Shown here: one piece after another, positions 26,401 to 36,900 of the stretch
Layout: the number at the start of each line of letters is the position of its first letter
Position numbering within the stretch: the first letter of the stretch is position 1
Source of the DNA: Ascidiella aspersa
Taxonomy: Eukaryota
NCBI GenBank assembly: GCA_963924565.1
Contig: OZ004613.1
Location: 22,506,001 to 22,570,000, forward strand
Reading direction: 5' to 3'
DNA length: 64,000 bases
The notes under the pieces: generated by a model
Told to the model about the DNA's origin: nothing
Seen by the model: the letters and a program-made list of their open reading frames with translations, nothing else
The model's database searches: none
Translations under genes and position numbers: made by a program

Positions 26401-29400
26401 CTTGTGAAGAAATTCGAATTGAATTCGGTGTTAAACTTAGCGGCGATATCACCACGCGGAATCTTGTTTCGAACAGTTCGAGGTGGGTGTAAGCCGTATG
26501 ATTTCAAGTTTGACAACGCGTGGCGAAAACAATGTAAATTTCTGCAAACGACGTGGTAATGTTGCACATCAATGACGACATATCATATACAGGAGCGAAC
26601 ATTTGAAAACAACGGGGAAGAATGTATTGGCTTTCATATTTTAGTATGGGCTTTGATCTTCTTATTACGTTTTACTACAACCTTCAACCATTAGGCTCCG
26701 AAGGGAAAGGATATTTTAAAAAGCGTGTTTTCATGACGTTGAAAGAAACGCTAGCGGTTAACTTTCACATAATCTAAATAATGTCTAATTCCCTTATGAT
26801 ATTTCCAATACATTTCGATTTTAACTTCAACTATATAAGAAACCAACGGGAGTTTATCAAACCACTTTAAGGACAACAAGAAGAAAAATAATAAATACTA
26901 ATAAGTTCGGCTGCACGATTGACTGTACTATGATACAATATGTGAGTATTTATTTAAGGTCGGCGTATTTGACATAATATCAGCTACTTGTATTAATCCA
27001 ATAGATCCGGTTGCATATAGGTGAATAAAAATGCATGCCAACATACTGGACATTGCTATAGCCACGTAAATAGCCCCAGGTCAAAAAATCAAAAAAACCT
27101 TACTTATTGTGATACATTTGTTTTCGGTACATGCTGAAAGAGCAAAACAACGAGCAAAACCGTTATGAGTTAAAACTATTCAATGAAATATTTTTCAGTT
27201 CGTATAAAATGGAAAATTAGTTAACTTTTATGAATAAAAAATACTCACACACAGGCTTTTGAGTTTGGGACCTTGACTGCCTTTTTATAGACCCGTGTGC
27301 TTAACAGACGCAAAAAACTTGATAATTTGGGTTTGTCGTTACGTCATCGACACTAAATGTCTGCCTAACACAAAAACTTATCCCCACTAATGGTTTTAAA
27401 CGTATTTCGTAAAATTTACGTCCATAATTTTATATGTTGACATCCATAGTTTGAAAGTTAAACACTTTAAAAACCGGGAATTTTGAGAAAGGCCTCTATT
27501 AAGTGACACGATAGAAACACGATAATAGTATTGTCGAAATTAAAAATACCAAAGTATTTATTAGGGGTTAATTACGGTAACAACTTTTTTCGACATTGGT
27601 TAAAACAAGGGTTATCGTGGCAATATCAACACGATTAATGTAGTTTTACAGAAGCGCGAGTAGTTCCTTTGCTTTAAATGTTTTTTTCATTTAGATCGAA
27701 TTTAGTTGGGTTCTATCGAAAGAGATGGTGACCAGCAGGCTTGCAAACATAGATATACATAAATCATGCGTCAAACTAATTATATTTTTATACCAGTTTG
27801 TGAACAATTTATACAAAGTGGATAACAAGCAAAGAATACGACAAAGGTCTATTAATTAATCGATCAAAGCGTAATTGTATTAATGTCAAATCGTATCGCC
27901 TTGTATTGAGGCCATAGGAAGGTCACTCTTGTATTCTAAGTGTTTTATGGCATGATTAGAGCAACTAAAATGCCACCTTCGCCCTATACGCGTCGTTACT
28001 GACCAGGCAATGTTAATTCATCCGTTTAGTATATCAAGCATATAAAAAACAAATTTGCGCAAATGATCAGGCTGTATATGGCCGACCATAACGTGCTGTA
28101 ATACAGAAAACACAATTGCTCATTTTTTTTGCTAAAGATTCGCGTTTCAGTATGGCAATTACGCTCTCTTTTTTGCAAAACAGACCGACAAACAAACAAG
28201 ATGTTCAAAAAAACACTTTTTTGTTTAATTTCAGTGGGGAACCCCTAGAATTATTAGGTTGCGTCTAAAAACCCCACAAACCAAATAGTGCATTTAGTCT
28301 TCACACAATTATATCAATTACTTATCTAAAGTTCAAAAAAACGTGCTAAAAAGCCATTTTTCGTACAAAACAGCCTAACAAATGTTGTTAAAACGGGACA
28401 TTTGTACCATGACTACTCACTTTTTTACTGTAAAACAGGTTTATTCATAGCTATTCAATTGCAAAGCAATGCAAAAAAGTAGAAAAAAATTTTTTTCAGG
28501 GGGAGAATAATTTATTTTTTTCAAAAATTTTAGCCTAAATCTGAATTTTCAAATTGACGTAGCACGGTCAATACTGAACCAAACGTGCTTAGATTTGTTT
28601 TGTCAGATTTTTAGACGAAACCTAACAATTCCAGGGGATCCCCACTGAAATTTTACAAAAAAGTGTTTTTTTTAACAACCCTATTGTATAACCATGATTT
28701 ATCATATCGGCAGAACGAACAGGCAGCCATGCATACAATACGCTGGGCAAAGTCGTGACGAGTACCTGATTGAATAATTTAAAACTCAATTTGCAAAACC
28801 CTGTAATTTATTTTTTATTTCGCAAATAGCGGAAAGTTATTATTCGAATAGTCGTTTCATTTTCACAGGTAAACACATATTTTAAAGGTAAAAATTTGCC
28901 TTAGTTCAAATTGGTTTTAAAATCAACAGTTGATCAACTGGCAGAAGATTTTCCACTTTATAAAGATTTTTCCTAAATGAAAGACTGCATGTCATCGTTG
29001 TATTACAAAACATAAAGTCGATACCTTGTTGTTGCGTTAGTTTAAATATGGTTTTAAAATCAACACTTGATCAACCGGAAGAAGATTTTCCATTTTATAG
29101 AGATTTTTCCTAAATGAAAGATTTTCAAAATATAAAGTCGATACCTTGTTGTAAAAGGGCCTTGATCCTGGCAGGAGTTCCCACCGCAAGATGCGTCACG
29201 TTTTTTCGGAGTGCCTTGGCTTGCTCTTCTATCTTCATGTGTCGCGAGAAGAGCTTTAAGGACCTGGATTGCCGACAAAACGATTGAATTGAGAAGTTCA
29301 AGTCGACTTGAAAAAGGGTCAAGGAGAATTCGGCCACACTTGTGACGAACTTCGAGACGACAGTACAATGGTACTCTGAACGCAGGTGATTTAACGGCAT

Positions 29401-32400
29401 AATAGACTATAGTTTAGTCGAGTATTGAACTTGGTTAAGTTGGATTTTCACCAACGGGAACCGAATTATTTAGAATTCCCTGTCAAACCATCAGTAGACC
29501 CGAAAACTCGTTCAAAATTTGAGTAATTTGTTTTGAAAATTGTTTACATGTTAATTAAATATACGCCATTTACTCGATCGATGTTTTTTTTATAACATGT
29601 ACCGCTTTAAATTTTTTTTATTCATAAAATAAAACTAAGTAATACGCTTAGGTGACAGAAAAGCAGAAGGGCGCTAACTTAGTTGTTTAGTCAAAAGCAA
29701 TGTTTCTAAACCTTTTCTATCGCGTGGACCCTTTAGACATTATTCAAATTCAATTTCCACAAGAAAAAAACAGCACCTGTAAATTAGAGAATGTATAATC
29801 GCTTTAAAATTGCAAGTCTTTCAGCCTATATATCAGTACCAACTTATTAGTAATGACTTTGGTCAAGGATATTTAGATAAAAACAGCGTTATGTATTCGT
29901 ACAGTGAATAAAGGGAAAACAGAGAGCGCATCCTTTGACCCCAAATAAAACGAGCTTTTTTGGTCAAATTCCAAATCCCCCCTTGGGACTTCCAAATTAC
30001 GCCCTACGGCTAATCACCCAAGGTTTAGAATCTCTGGTCCAAATATAAGTGTTGCAATGTGCAGGATGCCGAACTGCACACCGGAATGTGGAATGGCATT
30101 ACCAAACTGTTTACTTTAAAATAAAACTAAAACTCCCGCATCAAGTGAATCAACATTCCAACTAAATTCGGAATGTGTTAAAACAATTTTGTTTTTTAAT
30201 AATTTACAATTAGGACTGAACAAAGCAAATAACCAATACTAGGAACGTGTTGAGTTATTAGATTTCAAACACTTGCAATTTTTAAAGGCAATTCAACTCC
30301 TACCTGCATTCTTTGCCTTTAAACGCTTGTGTATCTGTGTTTAGGTTTGAGGCTCGCAAGGCATTTCCACAAACTATGAGGACCAACGGCGACATCTTGT
30401 GAGTGTGATTCAAAGAAAATTTCCGCCACTTGGGTAGAACTGATAAGCAAAAGAGTTTACGCGGTGTGAGTATGTGCTTGGGAAAACAAGTCGACAAGGT
30501 AAATCCAACGCACCAAATCAGCTTGCAATATATGTAAGGACGTTTAACAATAAATGTTAGGCTTCTTCTATTACAGTGGAGGCAGATGACAAACTTTAAA
30601 ATTTAATTAAAAAAACTAGTTAAAAATATTTGTTAATAACGTAACCATCCAAGTATTATGGAAATACTCTTGGTTAGTTCATAAAAATTATGGACGCACA
30701 AAAAAACTTTTTGTATTCCAGTGTCACTTAAGCAAGAGTTGTTAGCAAGTAAATTATAACCAACCATCAAAACATATAAAATTCAAAAAGCTACAAACCT
30801 TGTTTTAAATAGGATACTATTGTGTGTCCTTTGTCGACGTTGCAAGTATAAAAATGTACATCTGTAGCAAGATATAAAAAACGAATTAATTCACAATTTT
30901 TAAGCTTTTTTTAATATAATGTACTTGTTCACCCTTTCAAACAAAAAAACAATGGACACGAATCAAAGTAAAACGTAATCTGTAAATCAAAACGTATTCC
31001 CAAAGAACCGCAAGACAGGAAGGTTACGAATTAAGTTAAACGAACCTTTTAATGCGAGGTCTTCTTCTTCTATGGCAGATAACGCTTTGTAATGTCGGTT
31101 AATTGCGGAACGAAGCGTGTCCGGGTCTCCGCCTTTTTGCGAAACGACCTCATCCGTAATTCTCTATAATGAGGAACAGGACCACATCACGATTTTCGCT
31201 TACAAAAACAACGCTTTAAAACATTGTCATGCGGAGGGCAACATTAACCAAATGTTTAGAACAGGGATATATCTGAGAGTTTACTGCTTCATTTTGCAAT
31301 TATGTCCGACCCGTGGCTCACTGTGACCTACAAAGGTTACCCTGGTGTTGTTACAACTATACAGTACATAAGCTATTGTTACCAGGCATATTATTAATCA
31401 AACAAGTACCAGAGGAGCTGTTTTTTAATTGAATATACAGTAGATTGTGTGGTGAATAACCAACCAACAATTACAAGGTCCCCCACAACTACATGCTACG
31501 ATCTAAGCTGAAACACTTTCGGAACTAAGGTATCTACCGCAGACCATAAAATGTAAAAGAAAGATTTTGGCTTTCGTATCAGATGATCTTATGACTGTTT
31601 ATGAAAACAGGTATAAAACATAAATTCATTTCTTAAAATATTTTTTTTTTTTTTATATTTTATTACAAATATTGCAATTTTACACATGTTTGCTTTTTGA
31701 ACAGAAACTGATGATGCCTATTTATAAGGCGAAATTTATATTTTTGTAAAATTTTAAGAAACGATTTTGTTTTATACCAGTTTTCATCAACAGTCTTTAT
31801 TTTCATCAACAGCCAAGATTATTACTACAAACAATGTATAACCCAAGACGTAAAACGACTGTGTACCACTGGTATACAGCGTGCCCACCAACCGACGGTT
31901 TAAGCAACCTTGATCATCGTACCGAGCAACTTACCAAAAAGGCAAGTTCCATTCGCTATACGAGTTCAAGTAGAGAGGCGACGTGCAATCAAATCAACCA
32001 AGAGGCCCCCGGTTACAAATTAAGGGACGCACTCCACGTCATTTGGACAAATAATCGGCGAGCAGCGCGCGCTACCGCCAGGCATTGCAGGAGCATCGCG
32101 TAAACAAAACGGGTCCGGGACTAGCGCTAACGTACAATGCACGCAGCAGCCTACGACGACAACAAACTGCAAGCGCTGTAGCCAGTGTCAGCAGCATAGA
32201 GTAGAGCATAGGCGGGCAGGAAACAGCCAGTTTCCTTTAAAAAGCCTCAAAAGCGATCGCGCTTTGGGCTCCCGTAGAGGTTATTTATAATTGAGTCGAC
32301 ACAGCGCGTTACGTTTCAGGCGCGTTACGGAAGATCGTGCGGTGACGGCGTTCGATGGACAGAGGCGCTTCATTGTGAGGCTCGTAAACGCCTACAAAGC

Positions 32401-35400
32401 TTTGCCATTTAGTTGCAGAAATGAGGACAGCTGCGTTTAACGAGCGTTGAAAAATCGTTTTGGGAGATACAACTCCTTTAACAGAAATTACGCTGAAAAG
32501 TACTACAGTGACTTTGAAATTGACTTGCTGCAGCTGGGAGGTAGCGCGTATGACTTTATTACGCGTGGGTGGCAGTTCTTCTAGTAGACCAGACTTGCTG
32601 TATCTGGAGGCTTTATTTATTAGCAGTCAGATTTAACTAGTTTCACATTATATTTGGGGTTTTATTTATTTGTCCTATATAGCCTTGGTTTTGTCGGCAA
32701 ATATACCGAACATGAAGCTTTTCCATATAGTTTCAGAAATTTAGACGAATGCGTTTGCGAAGCGCTGAACAATATTATTTTTTTGAAACATGTCATATCA
32801 TTACGGTAAACCGAAGTACGCCAGCAACCTGCGAGTTGTAATAGCTGCGAGGTAGCTATTTGACTAGTAGGTGGAACCTCTAGTTGCACAGGCGTGCAGC
32901 ATGTGGCTATATTTAATAGCTGTGATGTTGTCGACTATATTTTGACTCTTTGCTTTTAGTTCTTTTCAGCAAGAACAACCAATGTCGTTTTACAGGCTAA
33001 AAACCAGGTATTAAGGTTGACTGATTGTTCGTCTTATAGCGGTCGGTGGTTTGTACACTGAAAAACGATTTTGGCCAGCTAAAAGGACTACAGTATTACT
33101 GCTGCTCTTAACTCGTTTGTGTGCCAACGACGAAAAGGAATCCAACTTATGTTCACACGTTAAACGTATACACACGCAGTTCCTATATGGCAACAAAAGG
33201 AAAAAAGCTAGTTATAGGGTTTCATGAATTAAAACAGTGTTTCTCAACCTATGGGTCGCGGCCCGAAATTGGTTCGCCCTTTGATTTGGTTGGCTCGCCG
33301 ACTACAGTAGTTCACATGGTTAGATTTATTGCGATTAGAGTTTCGCCCGATATTTCTCAAAAATTTAAGAAAACTCTAGAACAGATGCGAAGACATCTTT
33401 CATCATTACTAGATTTCGAATTTTATTTATTTTCTCTTAGGCCTTGTTCCCTTTTTCAGTAATGAAATTGGGTCGCCAAAGCTTTGCTGTTGTACTTGGG
33501 ACGCCACGAAAAAAGGTTGAGAAATACTGGGTTAAGTAAATCGGCCTAAAACAGCTCAGTAGCAACGATACATCCCGGCGGTAAAATCCATGTACATTGT
33601 ACAGGATTGACATTCAGAAGACCGCACTTTTACTGTGCGTTACCGTAAGGACGTTCGACCGTTTTGTCGCACAGAACACGTAAACACGACTCTTATCAGC
33701 AAACAGTGCGCGCTGTACAAGGTGCCTTATCTGGAGGTCTGTACTGAACACAGTGCGATTGGCGGTAACGCACAGAATAGGTCAGGCAAATTCACCTATA
33801 CGCTCGAGATATAACCTAGCTGTCACAACAAGACAGTTCGCTTTGCGAATTAAGGTCGAGTGGGTGTTGTGCTGGACAAAGGGCAAATATATATTATAGG
33901 TTAAACGATAGGGCAGTGTTATCGCCTGAGTTTTGTTGTCTTTTCGGCCCAAATCCGAACGGGGTTTGTTACAGTTGCTACATTCAGTCAAAAATTGTCA
34001 CTGGCTGTCACGCTCGCTTAAGTTAAACCGTTGCGATCAATAAATCACGGAAGAATAGAATCGCCTTAATATACGCGGGGATTTATGTCGAATTTTTTTT
34101 GCATTTCTTGGCACAATAATGGGTTTTAGTTTCCTTTACTAAAAAACACTAAGCCATAGCTACTATTACAAACTTTTTGTTGACCTATGAAGAAATGTAA
34201 CAAAATAAATTAAGTCTCAATCGGTTGTTAAATTGAATAAAGTTGGTTTAAATTACACATGACAAAATTAAGACATTTAAAGAGCAACGTATGTTTTTAA
34301 AAATAAAGCATTTGGGACAGGATAATATGTTGCATATAATGTTTAGCGCATGCAAGTTGTGCGTGCACTATTAGTATTTAAAAGTGTTATGTATTTCTTG
34401 TGTTATCGAAAATACCGCTACGAAGTTTCGGCAGTAAGATGTTCGTCCACAAAAAAATGTTAAAACTGAAAAATATTTCCAACAAACGTTATAAGCTGTA
34501 GCTAACGTTGCAAACAGTGCCACATTGGTTAAACAAAAAAACTAAAGAACCTAATATTTTTTCAATAGAACGTTGTTATCTGATGTTAAAGATCCCGCAT
34601 CTTGTTCTACACTGAGAAATGGACACTTTTTTAGTAAAAATCTAATTAGAATGGGAGTTATTTAAACAGCAAACTTAATAACAGTCAATCGAATCAGGCC
34701 GTTTTGTAGAGAAATGCACATGAGTAAACTTCTCCTATTGTTTGTATTATTGTTAGTAACGAAAATACGGGTAGAATTATGGTAAAATTATTTCGTTATG
34801 AGGCGGAAGTTTATACACCCATATATCTAGGTGATTTGAGTGATTGCGAAAGTGCACGTGTGTAATGATTAACTGGTACCACCTCACTTACGGGAAGCGT
34901 CATGTTACAAACGGCTAGGGGTAGTTGAAATAGCATACTAATGAAGTAATAAAAAGCTTCCTACAATAAAAATCTTTAACCAGAAGCCTTACACGCACCG
35001 ATATGACAAAATATACGTTAACCTGGAACAGGCCGTGCGTTTTTATTGCCATATAAATTGTGTCAGTTGTAAGATACTTTTCTTACAGCTGTTCCTGTAG
35101 TTAGGACAGAACTGTTTAGAGCGGTCACGGCTATTTTGTATACACTGTCGAAGTGTTTTTGGGGGTACTTACACAAGTCATCATTTTACAATTTTTCGGG
35201 CTGTTAAAGCGAAATTTAATGTTAACAATGTAGTATTATGTTTGTGAAGCATTTGGGGAGTTATTTATTTGTTGGTCTTAGTAACGTTGGCATCAGCAGC
35301 TTATTTCTGTCGACATTTTCTAAATTTTAGTAAACAAAACTGTCAGAAGGAAATTTAGATTAGATTAGGATATATAGTAGTGGTGAGTTGATTTGCTACA

Positions 35401-36900
35401 CATATGGATAAGGAAAAATAAACCAAATACGGCGAACGCAAAACAAAACCTCATCCTCATCATGACCGGCACAACGAGGGACCCTAAATACCTTTCAAGT
35501 TAGCTGTGTTAGCGAAGGTTAAAGTCCGGTTTACCATTCATGCTTTTTTACGATTTCTGCTTATTTCTCGGTTGTGTGCTTAGTTTGCCTTTATTGTATT
35601 GCTGTGGATGATTTTGAACAACTAAGCAAACTCGCAAAGAACTTGTCAAGAGGAATAAGTAAAAGTTTGCATTGAATATTTACGGGAGGTGAACTGCTAT
35701 GTCTTAGATATTACCGTGCTTGTTGTACGGTCTTCGGAGATGGTAACCCTGGATATTGTGGAACAGCAAGTTAGCGTTCTGTGTTGCAAATGGATCAAAG
35801 TAACTGATCCGCTGCCAAGTGCAAATCAATTTCATTTTATTAAGTGCATTTGATTACCTTTGCAAACGATTTTTAGCGTGCGCTATATCAGTGTTTGTCC
35901 CCAGTCCACGAAATGCACTAAATTATGGAAGCATACACCCTGTTGTGCTGCAAAAATAACTATTAACCGTTATGAAGAACTACTTAGTACCTCACAATAA
36001 CGATTATCAAGAGAAATAATTGGGTAGGATGTCACAAATAAAATATCTCACAAGCTATCAAGGCTACGCTTAAATACATGTTGTGCGATGTATTTTACAC
36101 TCCAGCCTGGTATTAAACCTGTTTTTATTAATTATGATACCTGATCATAGGCTAATTGTCCTGCGGTATCTTATAAACCCCAGTACACTCCATCAATGTG
36201 CACCCTTTAACAATTCTGGTAGATCCTGGGGTATACAATACACCAGTGTTGTAATGACTTGTCATTAAGTCAACTTAAGTCACTGATTTCAAATGACTTG
36301 ACTTGACTTGACTTGACTTGACGTAAGGACAACTGACTTGTCTTAGACTTAAGAATTTTTTTTAAATAACATCAGATTAATTTAAAGGTACTTAATTGAA
36401 ATGTATCTCAAGTTTTGCACATTTAACACTTTTATTACTGTATATTACGTTTGTGTTATTTATTAGTTAAATTGGTGCTTATAATCGGACAAGTATACCA
36501 ATTTTATTAGTTTAAAAGTTGACTTTTATGTCCATGACATGATTTGAAATTGACTTGCTCTCATAATGACATGACATGACTGGGACTTGACTTGGGCAAC
36601 GGATGAGTTGGACTGGGACTTGGGTAATATATGCAAAAAGACTTGACTTGGACCTAAGTTATTTTTCAAATGACTGGACTGGGACTTAAATGACTTGTTT
36701 ACAACACTGCAATACACCCGGTTGAAAACCACTGCGCTATATCATCCTCGAATTCAGAAAATAAAACACTGAGCAGCGTCTTACCTTTCGTCGACGTTTC
36801 TTTTTGGGTGGAACTATAGGTTCACCGCTACCGGTAAGAGGTTCGGAAGCACTGCGTTTAGTCGCTTGTTCCGTTTGGTCCTGCTGGTCTTCCTTTGCAT
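5360..36900 (-). CDS. CMSS1: CMSS1 (Cms1 ribosomal small subunit homolog), coding exons 2-8; first exon uncertain
   Basis: Exons 36785-36900, 31046-31163, 30799-30861, 30304-30439, 29145-29263, 7134-7222, 5360-5443 join in frame (~241 aa). Motifs match recalled CMSS1: [81 protein letters not shown]. Confidence 0.92.
5673..5726. repeat. 18-bp tandem repeat x3 (CCAAGTGTAGAATGAGGA)
   Basis: Directly visible. Confidence 0.9.
6287..6840. repeat. Foldback (long imperfect palindrome) in the last CMSS1 intron
   Basis: ttctaagcaaaaatgtctaagacaattagtgcatccaa vs ttggatgccctaattgtcgtagacctttttgcttagaa; inner aaataatgtgc/gcacattattt. Confidence 0.75.
7134..7222 (-). CDS. CMSS1: CMSS1 exon 7
   Basis: cgttag|AA ATG...GAG|gtaatt; [30 protein letters not shown]; phase-1 entry matches exon 6. 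Confidence 0.92.
8462..8740 (-). CDS. LDLa/TSP1 membrane protein terminal exon
   Basis: atacag|SITSSPN...DSGIDE...[15 protein letters not shown]. Confidence 0.8.
   Translation of the reverse strand, partial: SITSSPNSHTLKSLPGVTTSGVDSGIDEAQSTTSSLDNNNRGQRADSGSSRDSPTLSSSGSESTRLENRSQPVRSPSDLPPPPPHLQHNGLI
8462..18501 (-). CDS. Type I membrane protein: signal peptide, LDL-receptor class A repeats, TSP1-like module, Ser/Thr mucin stalk, TM, cytoplasmic tail (~714 aa); nested in CMSS1 intron
   Basis: Exons 18199-18501, 17054-17176, 15986-16108, 12547-12833, 10488-11176, 10026-10244, 9305-9426, 8462-8740 join in frame with GT-AG. Four CDGxxxCxxxxDExxC motifs; [10 protein letters not shown]...RTRVRTC; hydrophobic [31 protein letters not shown] followed by RRRK. 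Confidence 0.88.
9305..9426 (-). CDS. LDLa/TSP1 membrane protein exon 7 (cytoplasmic)
   Basis: ccttcag|GC AAA TGG...|gtaagt; [28 protein letters not shown]... Confidence 0.8.
10026..10244 (-). CDS. LDLa/TSP1 membrane protein exon 6 (transmembrane helix)
   Basis: gcacag|...|gtgaga; long hydrophobic run, then CCSERRRKT. Confidence 0.9.
10488..11176 (-). CDS. LDLa/TSP1 membrane protein exon 5 (end of TSP1-like module, mucin stalk)
   Basis: VRTC...ETEVCPPC then a Ser/Thr-rich tract with TSQPI repeats; |gtaagt. Confidence 0.9.
12547..12833 (-). CDS. LDLa/TSP1 membrane protein exon 4
   Basis: [17 protein letters not shown]...[29 protein letters not shown]. Confidence 0.92.
12897..13452. mobile_element. 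Decayed hAT MITE of the 4443 family, interrupted by a foldback insertion
   Basis: caagggtcaccaaa...ggcccgcg at left, aaaaaagtttggtgacc at right; shared internal tttcgtttaac.atga.taag. Confidence 0.65.
13025..13243. mobile_element. Foldback element with degenerate hammerhead-like cores in both arms, inserted in a hAT MITE
   Basis: cagcagaatagtct...agctagtaattc / gaattactagct...agactattctgctg; CTGACGATGCC on - (13116-13126), TTGATGATGCC on + (13147-13157). Confidence 0.55.
13713..14177. mobile_element. hAT MITE
   Basis: TIRs CAGGGATGTCCAAC / GTTGGACACCCCTG; near-TSD CCTTAGAT/CCTAAGAT. Confidence 0.85.
15986..16108 (-). CDS. LDLa/TSP1 membrane protein exon 3
   Basis: [17 protein letters not shown]...FRC...CIPKSQ|gtaagc. 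Confidence 0.9.
17054..17176 (-). CDS. LDLa/TSP1 membrane protein exon 2
   Basis: [16 protein letters not shown]...FSC...CISQQK|gtaagc. Confidence 0.9.
18199..18501 (-). CDS. LDLa/TSP1 membrane protein exon 1 (signal peptide, Cys-rich)
   Basis: aaa[26 protein letters not shown]...CAAGIK|gtaaac. Confidence 0.8.
22731..22937. repeat. Dispersed foldback family; other copies ~21846-22030, 26628-26702, 44880-45035, 49072-49230
   Basis: Shared core aaaatgatacctactt...atgggctttgatattctta.tacgtcttactacaacctccaaccattatgctcc in both orientations. Confidence 0.7.
24832..25110 (-). pseudogene. Decayed duplicate of the CMSS1 exon 5 5' end plus upstream intron
   Basis: ccacttgggtagaactgat is identical to 30426-30444; similarity continues ~230 bp into the intron; translates [13 protein letters not shown] vs [13 protein letters not shown]. 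Confidence 0.8.
28203..28677. mobile_element. MITE with ~70-bp terminal inverted repeats
   Basis: aaaaaaacacttttttgt..aatttcagtgggga.cccct.gaatt.ttaggtt.cgtctaaaa and its reverse complement at the right end. Confidence 0.8.
28912..29152. repeat. Tandem duplication containing the CMSS1 exon 6 donor site
   Basis: tggttttaaaatcaaca...agatttttcctaaatgaaaga...ataaagtcgataccttgttgt occurs twice; the donors are 120 bp apart. Confidence 0.85.
29145..29263 (-). CDS. CMSS1: CMSS1 exon 6
   Basis: [39 protein letters not shown]; ends phase 1. Confidence 0.93.
30304..30439 (-). CDS. CMSS1: CMSS1 exon 5
   Basis: [46 protein letters not shown]. Confidence 0.92.
30799..30861 (-). CDS. CMSS1: CMSS1 exon 4
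   Basis: [21 protein letters not shown]; phase 1-1. Confidence 0.88.
31046..31163 (-). CDS. CMSS1: CMSS1 exon 3
   Basis: [39 protein letters not shown]. Confidence 0.88.
31537..31796. mobile_element. Diverged copy of the 414-840 hammerhead-bearing inverted-repeat element
   Basis: Shares ataaaatgtaaaagaaagatt...cttcgtatc...gatctta.gactgtttat and the hammerhead arm. Confidence 0.7.
31701..31747 (+). ncRNA. Minimal type I hammerhead ribozyme motif with intact CUGAUGA/GAAA core
   Basis: ACAGAAA-CTGATGA-T-GCCT atttata AGGC-GAAA-TTT-ATA-TTTTTGT. Confidence 0.6.
33235..33529. mobile_element. hAT-type MITE
   Basis: TIRs CAGTGTTTCTCAACCT / AGGTTGAGAAATACTG; internal GGGTCGC motifs; TSD decayed. 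Confidence 0.8.
35012..35344 (+). repeat. ~330-bp direct repeat, copy 1
   Basis: Near-identical to 39070-39403. Confidence 0.9.
36244..36709. mobile_element. hAT MITE with internal (GACTT)n arrays
   Basis: TIRs CAGTGTTGTAA / TTACAACACTG; exact TSD CAATACAC. Confidence 0.92.
36785..36900 (-). CDS. CMSS1: CMSS1 exon 2 (acidic/basic N-terminal region, NLS-like KKKRRRK)
   Basis: ttctag|AT GCA AAG...AAG|gtaaga; phase-1 entry. Confidence 0.8.
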
